Position numbers and translations under genes: made by a program | DNA from: Patescibacteria group bacterium | GTDB taxonomy: Bacteria > Patescibacteriota > Minisyncoccia > Phycocordibacterales > UBA9973 | Length of the DNA stretch: 64,000 bases | Reading direction: 5' to 3' | NCBI GenBank assembly: GCA_038063535.1 | Contig: JBBTUV010000004.1 | Location: forward strand, 114,238-178,237 | Notes under the pieces: model-generated | The model's database searches: none | The model's input: only the letters and a program-made list of their open reading frames with translations | What the model was told of the DNA's origin: nothing | Shown: positions 8,046 through 16,763 of the stretch, in pieces | Layout: each line of letters begins with the position of its first letter | Numbering within the stretch: position 1 is the stretch's first letter

Positions 8046-10894
8046 TTCATGCTGTCGGAGAACTTATGATAAAGGCGATGCAATTTGTTGACAGAATATT
8101 TTTTGAGGCCGAACTTGAGTTGGTTACGCCCTGTAACTACCCCAAGGCGGGTATACGGGACACTTTTTGCTATTTTTTCAAACGCCGGCATGTTTTCCGG
8201 CGCAACCGAAACCAATACCCTGCCTTGGCTTTCTGAAAATAAGTTGTGTTTGCTGACATCAACACCCGCCCCAAGCATTCCACCAATGCAGGCTTTGCTT
8301 AAGGCAACCGCCAGGCCGCCGGAGGTGAGAGAAATCGACGAGGCAAGAAGCTCTTTTTCTATCGTTCGCTCGAGCGATCTGTATATTTTTAAATTAGCCC
8401 TTGCGTCGACCCTAATTCCTTTTTTAGTTTTACCGAGGAGATATATTACGTCGCCCGCGCTCTTGAACTCCGGAGTAACGACTTTATTTATGTCAGGCAC
8501 GACGCCGATCGAGGAGATAAGGAGAGTTGGCGGCACGGAGACTTTGGTCGGCCGGCCCATAGCATCAAAACCCTTGAAGTCGTTGAACATACTGTCCTTG
8601 CCGGAGACGAAAGGCGTCCTGTAGGCAATCGAGTAATCATAGCAAGCACGAGCGGCTTCCTTGAGCTGCCACAAGCGTTCCGGCTCGTTTGAAGAGCACC
8701 AGCAGAAATTGTCGAGAAGCGCGAGATGGTCGAGTTTTGCACCGGCTACGACGGCGTTCCGGACAGCGGTATCTATGGCTGCGGCGGCCATATCATAAGG
8801 GCTCGTTTCGCTCAATTCCGGATAAAGGCCGAGGGAGAGCACGACCCCTTTTTTTGAAGTAAGTACCGGCTGGAAGACCTGCGCGTCGGTATTGATGCGG
8901 CCCGGACCGGAGAGCGGTTTTAGGATCGAGCCGGCTTGAACCTCGTGGTCGTATTGCTCGGAGATGAAAGCGAAACTGCTGATGTTCTTATCGGCGAGAA
9001 GTTTTTCCAAGCTTCTCGCGACTGGCTTCGGGCTCGCGGGCTTAGGCCGCCTGGTGCGCAGATGAACTTTCGGTCGGCCGTCGTGCAGGAATCCCATATC
9101 CATATCCATTATCTTCTTACCGCGCCAGCGGAGCACGCATCTACCCGAGCCAGTAAACTCACCGATCCGAGTTGCCTCCACGCCGCGACTCTTCATCAGA
9201 GCCGCGAACCTCGCCCAATTGCGCTTGGGTACGGCCAGGGTCATCCGCTCCTGCGATTCCGATACCCATATCTCCCAAGGTTGCATATTCGCGTACTTAA
9301 GCGGTACTTTTTCGAGGTTCACTACCACCCCCTTTGATTCCTTGGCCATCTCCGAGACCGAAGAGGACAACCCACCAGCGCCATTGTCGGTGATGCTGTG
9401 ATAGAGATTTTCACCGCGTGCTTCCTTAACCACTACGTCCGAGAGCTTTTTCTGGGTAATCGGGTCACCGATCTGAACCGCACTCACAGGAGAATTCGCA
9501 TCAATAGCGAGAGATGAGAAAGTCGCCCCATGGATGCCGTCTCGACCCACGCGTCCGCCGATCATAACCACATAATCGCCGGGCTTCGCGCCTTTCTTGT
9601 AAAGCAACCGGCCGTGCTCGCGCTTTGGCATGAGGCCGACCGTACCCGCGAAGACAAGCGGTTTGCCCCGATATCTTTCACCGAAACGCACAAAACCCGA
9701 GACGGTGGGGATGCCGGAAGTGTTGCCGCCGGCATTGATGCCTTTTATCACCCCTTCCATGATCCTTTTCGGCGGGAACATTTTCTGGGTCAAGTCTCGG
9801 TCGCGATAAAGCGGTCTGGTATCCTCGGGCAATCCGAAACAAAAGCCGTATGTATTGGCAATGGGTTTCGCACCCAAACCGAAACCGATAGAATCGCGGT
9901 TCACGCCCACGATGCCGGTGATGGCTCCGCCGAAGGGGTCGAGCGACGAGGGAGTGTTGTGCGTTTCGACTTTATGAGAGATGAGGTATTTATCGTCGAA
10001 CTTGATCGCGCCGGAGTTATCGGAGAAGACGGATACGCAAATATCTCCGCGCCCGCGCTTTTCCCTTATTTTATTTGTGGCACCCTTTATGTAAGTTTTG
10101 TAGAGTCCGTCCCGGATATTATCGATCGCAGAAGCGAAGATCGTGTGCTTGCAGTGTTCGCTCCATGTTTGGGCGAGCGACTCAAGCTCGATATCGGTTG
10201 GGCGGCGACCGAGTTTGCGAAAATAATCGCGGATCGCCTTCATGGAGCGAAGGTCGAGCGCAAGCGGCCCCCGGCCCTCGATACCCTGCTCGCTGATTTT
10301 CTTAAGCTCACTGTCCCCCACCTCAAGGTCAATCTTCGTTACTGGTCTACGCTTCTCAAGGGTGACCTTCGGCACAGATTGGGGAAGCATCAATTTCCCG
10401 TTTCCTACCTTGCGGATCTCACCACGCTCAATAAGCGGATTGTAAAGCGAGGCCGCAATTTTTTTCAGCGCCGCCGCACCGACCTTGCCCTTCAGTAAAA
10501 AAACTCGCGATGTATATACCTCGATGCCCTTCTTTCCGAGCAGATCTTCGGCCATTTCCCGCACCGTGTGCCCGACGTTGTCGGTGACGCCAGGCAGATA
10601 GCCCACTTCGATGGCTAACCTGTGCCCTTCGGCCGGAGCGCGGTCAATATAAAAGCGCTCGGTGACGGGGTTGGTAAGTGCACGGGCAATCTTTGCGACA
10701 TTTCCGTGCGAGAGACGCGCGTCGAGCGCATAGACGTCGAGTAGGCGAAGGCTACGGACTCCGTACGCGCGCCAGGACTTGAGATATTTGAGGGCTCTCG
10801 GGTCCACGCTTCTCGCCGCGACGTATATCCGCGAAATCATACCGGGATTATAACAGAAAATCCTCTCATATGAATGATTCAGCAAGTAATCCAA
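8042..10894 (-). CDS. purL: Phosphoribosylformylglycinamidine synthase, large-type synthetase (PurL) lacking the glutaminase domain
   Basis: 950 aa; N-terminal region resembles the large-PurL N-domain (LRSMKAIRDYFRKLGRRPTDIELESLAQTWSEHCKHTIF); AIR-synthase-like motifs (GIVGVNRDSIGFG, SITDNGAGGLSSSVSEMA). Confidence 0.8.
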   Translation of the reverse strand: MDYLLNHSYERIFCYNPGMISRIYVAARSVDPRALKYLKSWRAYGVRSLRLLDVYALDARLSHGNVAKIARALTNPVTERFYIDRAPAEGHRLAIEVGYLPGVTDNVGHTVREMAEDLLGKKGIEVYTSRVFLLKGKVGAAALKKIAASLYNPLIERGEIRKVGNGKLMLPQSVPKVTLEKRRPVTKIDLEVGDSELKKISEQGIEGRGPLALDLRSMKAIRDYFRKLGRRPTDIELESLAQTWSEHCKHTIFASAIDNIRDGLYKTYIKGATNKIREKRGRGDICVSVFSDNSGAIKFDDKYLISHKVETHNTPSSLDPFGGAITGIVGVNRDSIGFGLGAKPIANTYGFCFGLPEDTRPLYRDRDLTQKMFPPKRIMEGVIKGINAGGNTSGIPTVSGFVRFGERYRGKPLVFAGTVGLMPKREHGRLLYKKGAKPGDYVVMIGGRVGRDGIHGATFSSLAIDANSPVSAVQIGDPITQKKLSDVVVKEARGENLYHSITDNGAGGLSSSVSEMAKESKGVVVNLEKVPLKYANMQPWEIWVSESQERMTLAVPKRNWARFAALMKSRGVEATRIGEFTGSGRCVLRWRGKKIMDMDMGFLHDGRPKVHLRTRRPKPASPKPVARSLEKLLADKNISSFAFISEQYDHEVQAGSILKPLSGPGRINTDAQVFQPVLTSKKGVVLSLGLYPELSETSPYDMAAAAIDTAVRNAVVAGAKLDHLALLDNFCWCSSNEPERLWQLKEAARACYDYSIAYRTPFVSGKDSMFNDFKGFDAMGRPTKVSVPPTLLISSIGVVPDINKVVTPEFKSAGDVIYLLGKTKKGIRVDARANLKIYRSLERTIEKELLASSISLTSGGLAVALSKACIGGMLGAGVDVSKHNLFSESQGRVLVSVAPENMPAFEKIAKSVPYTRLGVVTGRNQLKFGLKKYSVNKLHRLYHKFSDSMK

Positions 10895-11498
10895 GGACTT
10901 CTGCGTCTGTCACCTGTTCAAATGCGCGGTAGTGAGAACCAACTGCTCCCTTAAACTCTTCCGGCGGCTCAAGTACTATGATCTCATCCACTCCATCACG
11001 TTCAAGCTCCCTAATGGACTCTGCCGGTGCAACTGGAACGGCCACGACCACTTTCTTGGGATGATCCTTCATTACTCTCTTAACGGCAAGACGCATACTA
11101 AAACCCGTCGCAATGCCGTCGTCAGTGAGGATTACTATTTTGTTTTTTAAATTTATCAGTGGGCTATTGCCACGGTAGGCCAAACTTCTGCGAAGCGCTT
11201 CTTTCTTTTCTTTTTCTATTTCATTCGCAAGCCATTTTTTATCAATACTTTCAGCTTCTCCCTCGTTAAGGAGTAGAGTGCCCTTCTCATCGACAACTCC
11301 TACCGCGTATTCAGGATTCCCTGGAAGACCGATTTTTCGAACGGGAATAATATCTAGCGGTGCCTTGATTGCCTTAGCTACCTCGTATCCAAGCACAACT
11401 CCCCCTCGCGGAAGCGCCAAGACAACCACATCCTCTCCACTGTATTTAAGCAACGTCATCGCAAGCGCTTTCCCGGCTTCGGTTCTGTCTTTGAACAT
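10866..11498 (-). CDS. Phosphoribosyltransferase-domain protein (predicted PRTase, unknown substrate)
   Basis: PRPP-binding motif IVILTDDGIATGFSM and VLALPRGGVVLGYEVA. Confidence 0.75.
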   Translation of the reverse strand: MFKDRTEAGKALAMTLLKYSGEDVVVLALPRGGVVLGYEVAKAIKAPLDIIPVRKIGLPGNPEYAVGVVDEKGTLLLNEGEAESIDKKWLANEIEKEKKEALRRSLAYRGNSPLINLKNKIVILTDDGIATGFSMRLAVKRVMKDHPKKVVVAVPVAPAESIRELERDGVDEIIVLEPPEEFKGAVGSHYRAFEQVTDAEVLGLLAESFI

Positions 11499-11667
11499 CG
11501 CTATTTAGATTTTTTCTTGTGAATTGGCGTCACTCCCCGCCTGTGCACCACGCCTTCCATCCGCGGCGGCCGCGTCAGGCGATCCTTCTCCCGCAGTAAT
11601 TTTTTCTTATCAAAGGTTTTTCTATTTTTCCGCATGTATATATTTAAATATATATTAGCACAAAGCG

Positions 11668-11695
11668 TTGTAAAATGAAGAGAAGTTGCTATACT
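11668..11695 (+). promoter_or_regulatory. sigma70-like promoter for tRNA-Gln (TTGTAA-16-TATACT)
   Basis: Boxes read directly; tRNA starts ~10 nt after the -10. Confidence 0.45.
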
Positions 11696-11705
11696 TTCTT
11701 CGTAT

Positions 11706-11776
11706 TGGGGGATCGTCTAACGGTAGGACAGTGGCCTTTGAAGCCATTAATCTTGGTTCGATTCCAAGTCCCCCAG
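11706..11776 (+). tRNA. tRNA-Gln (anticodon UUG)
   Basis: Manual cloverleaf: U1-A72 acceptor TGGGGGA/TCCCCCA, D arm GTCT/GGAC, anticodon stem GTGGC/GCCAT with loop CTTTGAA, T arm CTTGG-TTCGATT-CCAAG, discriminator G; CCA not encoded. Confidence 0.85.
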
Positions 11777-12793
11777 CAATTTTACAAGCGCAAGTTCGAG
11801 CGGGAGCTCGGGGATGAAAGCACGATCGAGGTTCTGATAGGCATCAAGGAGTGCAACAAGGGTCTTTGAATTAAGGGAACCCGCAGGCAGACTTTTGAGG
11901 AACTTAAGGTCATCCTCGGATAAATCATTTTTTATCTCGGTTTCCATTTTCGGCGCGTACTTGAGCATCAGAGCAAATCGGAGCCTCTCGATGATGAGTT
12001 TGAGGTAGAGCTTCATATCCAAATTCTCTTTTCCAGCTTTTTTCACCACCCCCATCCCCTTCTCGAGGTCTTTACCAGAAAGCGCAGAGAGAAAATCGTT
12101 CACCAGAGCGGTCTTTGGCGCGCCGGTGATCTCTTCAACCGCACTTCGTGATATTTTTTTAGATTTTTTCCCGGCGAAATTGAGAACCCTCTCCAGAGTG
12201 CCTTCCGCGTCCCGGAAGGACCCATCGCCCAGGAGCGCGATTAGTTCTGCGGAGCCGCCGTCGAGCTCGTAGCCCTCACGTTTGGCGATATCCTCCACGA
12301 GGCCCCGGAGGATCGAGGTCGCGGGTTTCCGGAACGTAAATACCTGGCAACGGGAGGTTATCGTCTCCGGAACTTTATGGAACTCTGTCGTGGCCAGGAT
12401 AAAGATGACATGCTTCGGAGGCTCTTCGAGAGTCTTTAGGAGCGCCCCCCAAGCGTCCTTGGAGAGCATGTGCACTTCGTCGATGATGTAGACCTTGTAT
12501 TTCGATTCGAGCGGAAGCGCGCGCACGCCCTCACGGAGCTCCTTGATGTCCTCTATCCCGCGGTTCGATGCGGCGTCGATCTCGTAAAGATCGTTTGCTG
12601 TTACCCCGATCTCCCGGGCAAATATCCGAGCGACGGAAGTTTTCCCTGTACCCCGGGAACCGACGAAGAGATAGGCATGCGAGACAGTGGAATCCCTTAC
12701 CGATTTCTCCAGCACGCCGACGACGTGGTTCTGGCCCAGCACATCGTCCCATTTGGCGGGCCTGTATTTCCGATAGAAAGCGAGTTCCTGCAT
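11747..12793 (-). CDS. dnaX: DNA polymerase III subunit gamma/tau (short DnaX form)
   Basis: YRPAKWDDVLGQNHVV...LFVGSRGTGKTSVARIFA Walker A, DEVHMLS Walker B, clamp-loader SRC motif (TSRCQ); the ORF 3' end runs into the antisense tRNA-Gln region. Confidence 0.85.
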   Translation of the reverse strand: MQELAFYRKYRPAKWDDVLGQNHVVGVLEKSVRDSTVSHAYLFVGSRGTGKTSVARIFAREIGVTANDLYEIDAASNRGIEDIKELREGVRALPLESKYKVYIIDEVHMLSKDAWGALLKTLEEPPKHVIFILATTEFHKVPETITSRCQVFTFRKPATSILRGLVEDIAKREGYELDGGSAELIALLGDGSFRDAEGTLERVLNFAGKKSKKISRSAVEEITGAPKTALVNDFLSALSGKDLEKGMGVVKKAGKENLDMKLYLKLIIERLRFALMLKYAPKMETEIKNDLSEDDLKFLKSLPAGSLNSKTLVALLDAYQNLDRAFIPELPLELALVKLLGDLESNQD

Positions 12794-12800
12794 GAGCGAA

Positions 12801-13754
12801 TTATAGCCGGTTTTTAATGAAATTTAAAGTTTTTTTCTCCACCTCTTTTGCACTCTTTGTCTCCATCAATTCGGCGCGCAGTTCTTTCGCGCCATCAAAG
12901 CCGCTCACGTACGCTTTGAAATGTTTTTTCATGATGGCAAAGTTTTTATGCCGGCCGAGAAGTTTTTCGAATAATTTAGTGTGCTCTATCATCACGCGTA
13001 GTTTTTCGGGAAGCGTCGGGATTTTTTCTGAGAAAAGCCAGGGGTTCCCGAATATCGCCCGCCCCAGCATTACCCCGTCGCAGCCGTACTTCTCGACTAT
13101 CCTTTTCGCATCGTGCAAGTTCTCAACATCGCCGTTCCCAATAATCAGAGTTCGCTTTTTCATCTCATCTCTCATCTCAATGATCATAGGTAGAAGTTCC
13201 CAATGCGCGGGCACATCGGACATCTCCTTGCGTGTGCGCAGATGAATAGAGAGTGCCGCCAGATCAAGCGAAAGTAAATGCCTTATCCACCCCATTTCTA
13301 CTTTGTTGTATCCCAAACGGGTTTTAACGCTGACCGGGAGCCCCCCCGATTTGGCGGCGAGAATTATCTCCTCCGCCAATTTTGGATCTTTGATGACGGC
13401 CGCGCCGGCGCACTGCTTCTCTACCGCCCTATCGGGGCAACCCATGTTTATATCTATGCCGTCGAAACCGAGCTTCTTGCAAAGATTCACGGCTATTGTA
13501 ATATTCTCCGGCCTGCCTCCGAAAATTTGCGCCACTATCGGGTGCTCCCGCCGGCTGAATTTCAGATCGACAAGAAGTTTCTTGCGCGCCTCGGGGTGCG
13601 CCAATCCGTCGGCCGAGACGAACTCGGTCCAAAATACATTCGGTTTTCCATATTCGGCTATGAGCTCTCGGAATGCGCAATCAGTCACATCCGCCATCGG
13701 TGCGAGCGTGAAAAATGGCTTCTCAAGTTTTTCCCAAAAGCCCTGATCTCTCAT
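12801..13754 (-). CDS. dus: tRNA-dihydrouridine synthase
   Basis: LAPMADVTDCAFR N-terminus, TIM-barrel Dus motifs (NMGCP, catalytic-Cys region). Confidence 0.85.
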   Translation of the reverse strand: MRDQGFWEKLEKPFFTLAPMADVTDCAFRELIAEYGKPNVFWTEFVSADGLAHPEARKKLLVDLKFSRREHPIVAQIFGGRPENITIAVNLCKKLGFDGIDINMGCPDRAVEKQCAGAAVIKDPKLAEEIILAAKSGGLPVSVKTRLGYNKVEMGWIRHLLSLDLAALSIHLRTRKEMSDVPAHWELLPMIIEMRDEMKKRTLIIGNGDVENLHDAKRIVEKYGCDGVMLGRAIFGNPWLFSEKIPTLPEKLRVMIEHTKLFEKLLGRHKNFAIMKKHFKAYVSGFDGAKELRAELMETKSAKEVEKKTLNFIKNRL

Positions 13755-14575
13755 TTGTAATAAACTTTGTTCCCGAAACGAAGGTCGATATATTCAAGTG
13801 CCTCGAGTTTATCTTTCAAGTCTTCGCTCCCAAGCACCAGCGCGAGATTATCCGCAGTTTTTTCCGCATCCTTGTCAAGCGGGAAAATTATTCGCGCAAC
13901 GCCGCTCTTTTTCTGAAAATACAAAGCCGCGCCCCCTTCTTGAGAAACAACAAAGTGGGAAACATCCAACCCGAGATTGATAGCCACGTCCTTGTAAACT
14001 GACAGCTTTCCGAAGTTTGAGGAAGCGAAGGACACTCCCTCTGGGGCTACTGAGCCGACATCGCCGAAGAATTTGAAGTAGACGTTCCCGGAGAAATACG
14101 GAGCTGGGGCAAAAATAAATCCGCCTTCATCCATGAAATAGCATTCACCGCTTTCCTCGGGAGATCGGCCGCACCAGATGAACCTCGGCTCGCGTTCGGT
14201 TATCTCGATCGAGAGCGACTCTTCTCCAGTGAGTTTGATCGTCGCGCTTTTCAGGGTTTTAAAATTATCGAGGAGCCTGTCGCCCATTTTCGATTTCGGA
14301 TAAATCAGGAAATTGGACCTGGGGAAGAGCCAGAGATATTTTCCGGAGAGCTCCTCCTCAGCAACCTTCCTTATCTCCGCCTCGTCAACTACCTTTGCGC
14401 CGATGACCTCCACGCCCTTGATATTAAATCGGCTGAAGGAGCTTGCATAAACGAGCCCCACGAAAACCCCCGTCAAAAGAAAGAGATAGAAAAAGGTCTT
14501 TCCGAACGCGAGCCTCCGTCTTTTCTTCTTCGATTTAAGGAGATGCGGGGAGGAAAGGACGTTTTTTTTCCTCAT
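13751..14575 (-). CDS. Cell division protein FtsQ/DivIB-like (POTRA domain)
   Basis: Basic N-terminus, single TM (FFYLFLLTGVFVGLVYA), POTRA-like region (IKGVEVIGAKVVDEAEI...IEITEREPRFIW). Confidence 0.5.
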   Translation of the reverse strand: MRKKNVLSSPHLLKSKKKRRRLAFGKTFFYLFLLTGVFVGLVYASSFSRFNIKGVEVIGAKVVDEAEIRKVAEEELSGKYLWLFPRSNFLIYPKSKMGDRLLDNFKTLKSATIKLTGEESLSIEITEREPRFIWCGRSPEESGECYFMDEGGFIFAPAPYFSGNVYFKFFGDVGSVAPEGVSFASSNFGKLSVYKDVAINLGLDVSHFVVSQEGGAALYFQKKSGVARIIFPLDKDAEKTADNLALVLGSEDLKDKLEALEYIDLRFGNKVYYK

Positions 14576-15849
14576 TGCTCCCTACTCTTGATAAATTCCT
14601 GCCCGCCCATGTAGGCCCGGAGCACGTCCGGAATTCGCACCGAGCCGTCCTTTTTTTGAAAATTTTCCACGATCGAGACTAAAATTCTTGGAGTGGCGAT
14701 GGCGGTAGAATTGAGAGAATGGACAAATTCCGTTACGCCATCTTTATTCTTATAGCGGATGCCGAGTCGGCGAGTTTGAAAGTCGTGGAAATATGACGCC
14801 GAGCTGACTTCCCGATATTTTTCCTCCCTCGGCACCCAGGCCTCGATGTCGTATTTCTTCACCTGACCCAGGCCCAGGTCTCCACCGCAGTTTATGACCG
14901 TGTGATACGGTACTTCGAGCGACTCGAGAAACTCTTCGGTGTTATGATTGATCTCTTCGTGAAATTTCACAGACTCCTCGTGGCTTGCCGCGCAAAGTAT
15001 GACCTGCTCAACTTTGTAAAATTCATGCACTCGGATAAGGCCCTTGACGTCCTTGCCATGGCTCCCCGCCTCTCGGCGGAAGCATGGAGAAAAACCCAGA
15101 TATTTTATTGGTAGGTCCGCCTCGCTTAATATTTCGCCGCTGTGATACGCCATGATCGGTACCTCGGAGGTTCCGGCGAGATACTCGCCGTCCTCCAGTT
15201 TGTAAAGGTCCTCTTCGCCCTGCGGCATCCAGCCGGTGCCGAGAAATCCTTCGCGTCGATCAATTACTGGAGGTATCATCGGCGAAAAGTTCTTTTTCCC
15301 GAAAAATTCCATCGCGTAGTTCCAGATCGCAAATGATAGCCTGGTGCCTGCGCCTGTGAGAAAATATCCGCGGAAGCCGTGCACCTTGGTGCCACGCTCG
15401 AAATCAGCCATGCCGAGCGACTTCATTATCTCAATGTGGTCTTTGGGCTCGAAATCAAAAGCCGGCTTCTTGCCCCAGACCTTGATCTCCTTGTTGTCCG
15501 CGTCAGAATCGCCGTCCGGAACCGAAATGTCCGGCACATTGGGGACCTCTATCATTAGCGCCTGCCACTTCCCCATTACCTCTTTTAGTTTTTCCTCCTT
15601 TTTCTTGAGATCCTCCTTGACCGCGCGCATTTCCTCGATGAGCTGAAATTTTTCCTTCGAATCCTGATCTCGGCCGATCTCGAGCGAAACTTTGTTCACC
15701 TCGGCGCGGAGAGTTTCCACTTCCCGAAGGAGGCGCAGACGCTCATCATCAACGGAGATAAGCTCACCGATGTCAACCTTTACATGTTTTTTTCGGGCTC
15801 CGGCTTCGATGATGTCCTTGTTTTCACGGATGAATTTAATGTCGAGCAT
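14572..15849 (-). CDS. serS: Seryl-tRNA synthetase
   Basis: N-terminal coiled-coil MLDIKFIREN; class II core motifs (FRRE, GLGQVKKYDIEAW). Confidence 0.9.
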   Translation of the reverse strand: MLDIKFIRENKDIIEAGARKKHVKVDIGELISVDDERLRLLREVETLRAEVNKVSLEIGRDQDSKEKFQLIEEMRAVKEDLKKKEEKLKEVMGKWQALMIEVPNVPDISVPDGDSDADNKEIKVWGKKPAFDFEPKDHIEIMKSLGMADFERGTKVHGFRGYFLTGAGTRLSFAIWNYAMEFFGKKNFSPMIPPVIDRREGFLGTGWMPQGEEDLYKLEDGEYLAGTSEVPIMAYHSGEILSEADLPIKYLGFSPCFRREAGSHGKDVKGLIRVHEFYKVEQVILCAASHEESVKFHEEINHNTEEFLESLEVPYHTVINCGGDLGLGQVKKYDIEAWVPREEKYREVSSASYFHDFQTRRLGIRYKNKDGVTEFVHSLNSTAIATPRILVSIVENFQKKDGSVRIPDVLRAYMGGQEFIKSREQ

Positions 15850-15863
15850 GGTATTATTCTAGC

Positions 15864-16730
15864 ATGGAATTTAAATTGGAGATATTAGAAGGAACTCGGA
15901 TACCAACAGCGCTTCTCGAAATTCCCCAACCACCCAAAAAGCTTTACCTGGCTGGCAGACTGCCGCCCAAGGATACTGTTTGCCTCGCGGTCGTCGGTTC
16001 TCGCAAGGCGACGACTTACGGAAAGGATGCGGTGCGAAGATTAATTTCCGGCTTACGCGGCTACCCGATTGCCGTTGTTTCCGGTCTTGCTCCGGGTATT
16101 GACGCCCTTTCACACGAAGCGGCGTTGGACGTCGGTCTTTTAGCCGTAGGGTTCCTGGGCTCGGGAATTTCACGGGAGGCTCTCTCGCTTCACCCGAATA
16201 CTGACTTAATGAGAAGGATTATAGAGGCGGGCGGATGCCTGGTTTCCGAATTCGAACCTGACTTCAAGGCCCAATATTATTCCTTTCCGATGAGAAACCG
16301 TCTAGTGGCGGGAATTTCCCGCGCGGCTCTTATTGTCGAGGCCGGAGAGAAATCAGGCACACTCATCACCGCGCGGATGGCGCTTGATTATGGCAGGGAT
16401 GTGCTCGCGGTTCCGGGGCCAATAAATTCTCTGACCTCAATCGGTACCAATAGGCTCCTGCGGCAAGGCGCGACCCCGATAACTTCCAGTGAGGATATTC
16501 TCGAGGCGCTGGGATTCAAAATTGACGAGAGGACCCGGCTCGCTACCTTTTTCGATGACGCCTCTCCCGAAGAAAAATCTGTATTAAAAATACTTTCTGA
16601 ACCGATACCTCGGGACGACCTAGTCCGCGCGATGAAAATGAATATTGCTGAAGCCAACTCGCTTCTTTCAATTATGGAAATCAAGGGCCTGATTAAAGAA
16701 GAGCTCGGCGAAATCCGCACGGCGTTTTGA
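15864..16730 (+). CDS. dprA: DNA processing protein DprA (Smf)
   Basis: Rossmann-like LAVVGSRKATTYG...VVSGLAPGIDALSHEAAL, C-terminal wH-like region. Confidence 0.85.
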   Translation: MEFKLEILEGTRIPTALLEIPQPPKKLYLAGRLPPKDTVCLAVVGSRKATTYGKDAVRRLISGLRGYPIAVVSGLAPGIDALSHEAALDVGLLAVGFLGSGISREALSLHPNTDLMRRIIEAGGCLVSEFEPDFKAQYYSFPMRNRLVAGISRAALIVEAGEKSGTLITARMALDYGRDVLAVPGPINSLTSIGTNRLLRQGATPITSSEDILEALGFKIDERTRLATFFDDASPEEKSVLKILSEPIPRDDLVRAMKMNIAEANSLLSIMEIKGLIKEELGEIRTAF

Positions 16731-16763
16731 CTTTCAAGTATCCATAGTGTAATACTGGCAGTT

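Noticed and set aside
9530-10498. 322-aa ORF on the + strand inside purL
   Set aside because: It is entirely antisense to a gene with strong PurL motifs, has no recognisable motifs of its own, and is a typical shadow ORF. The same reasoning applies to 8085..8624, 8936..9337 and 10075..10296.
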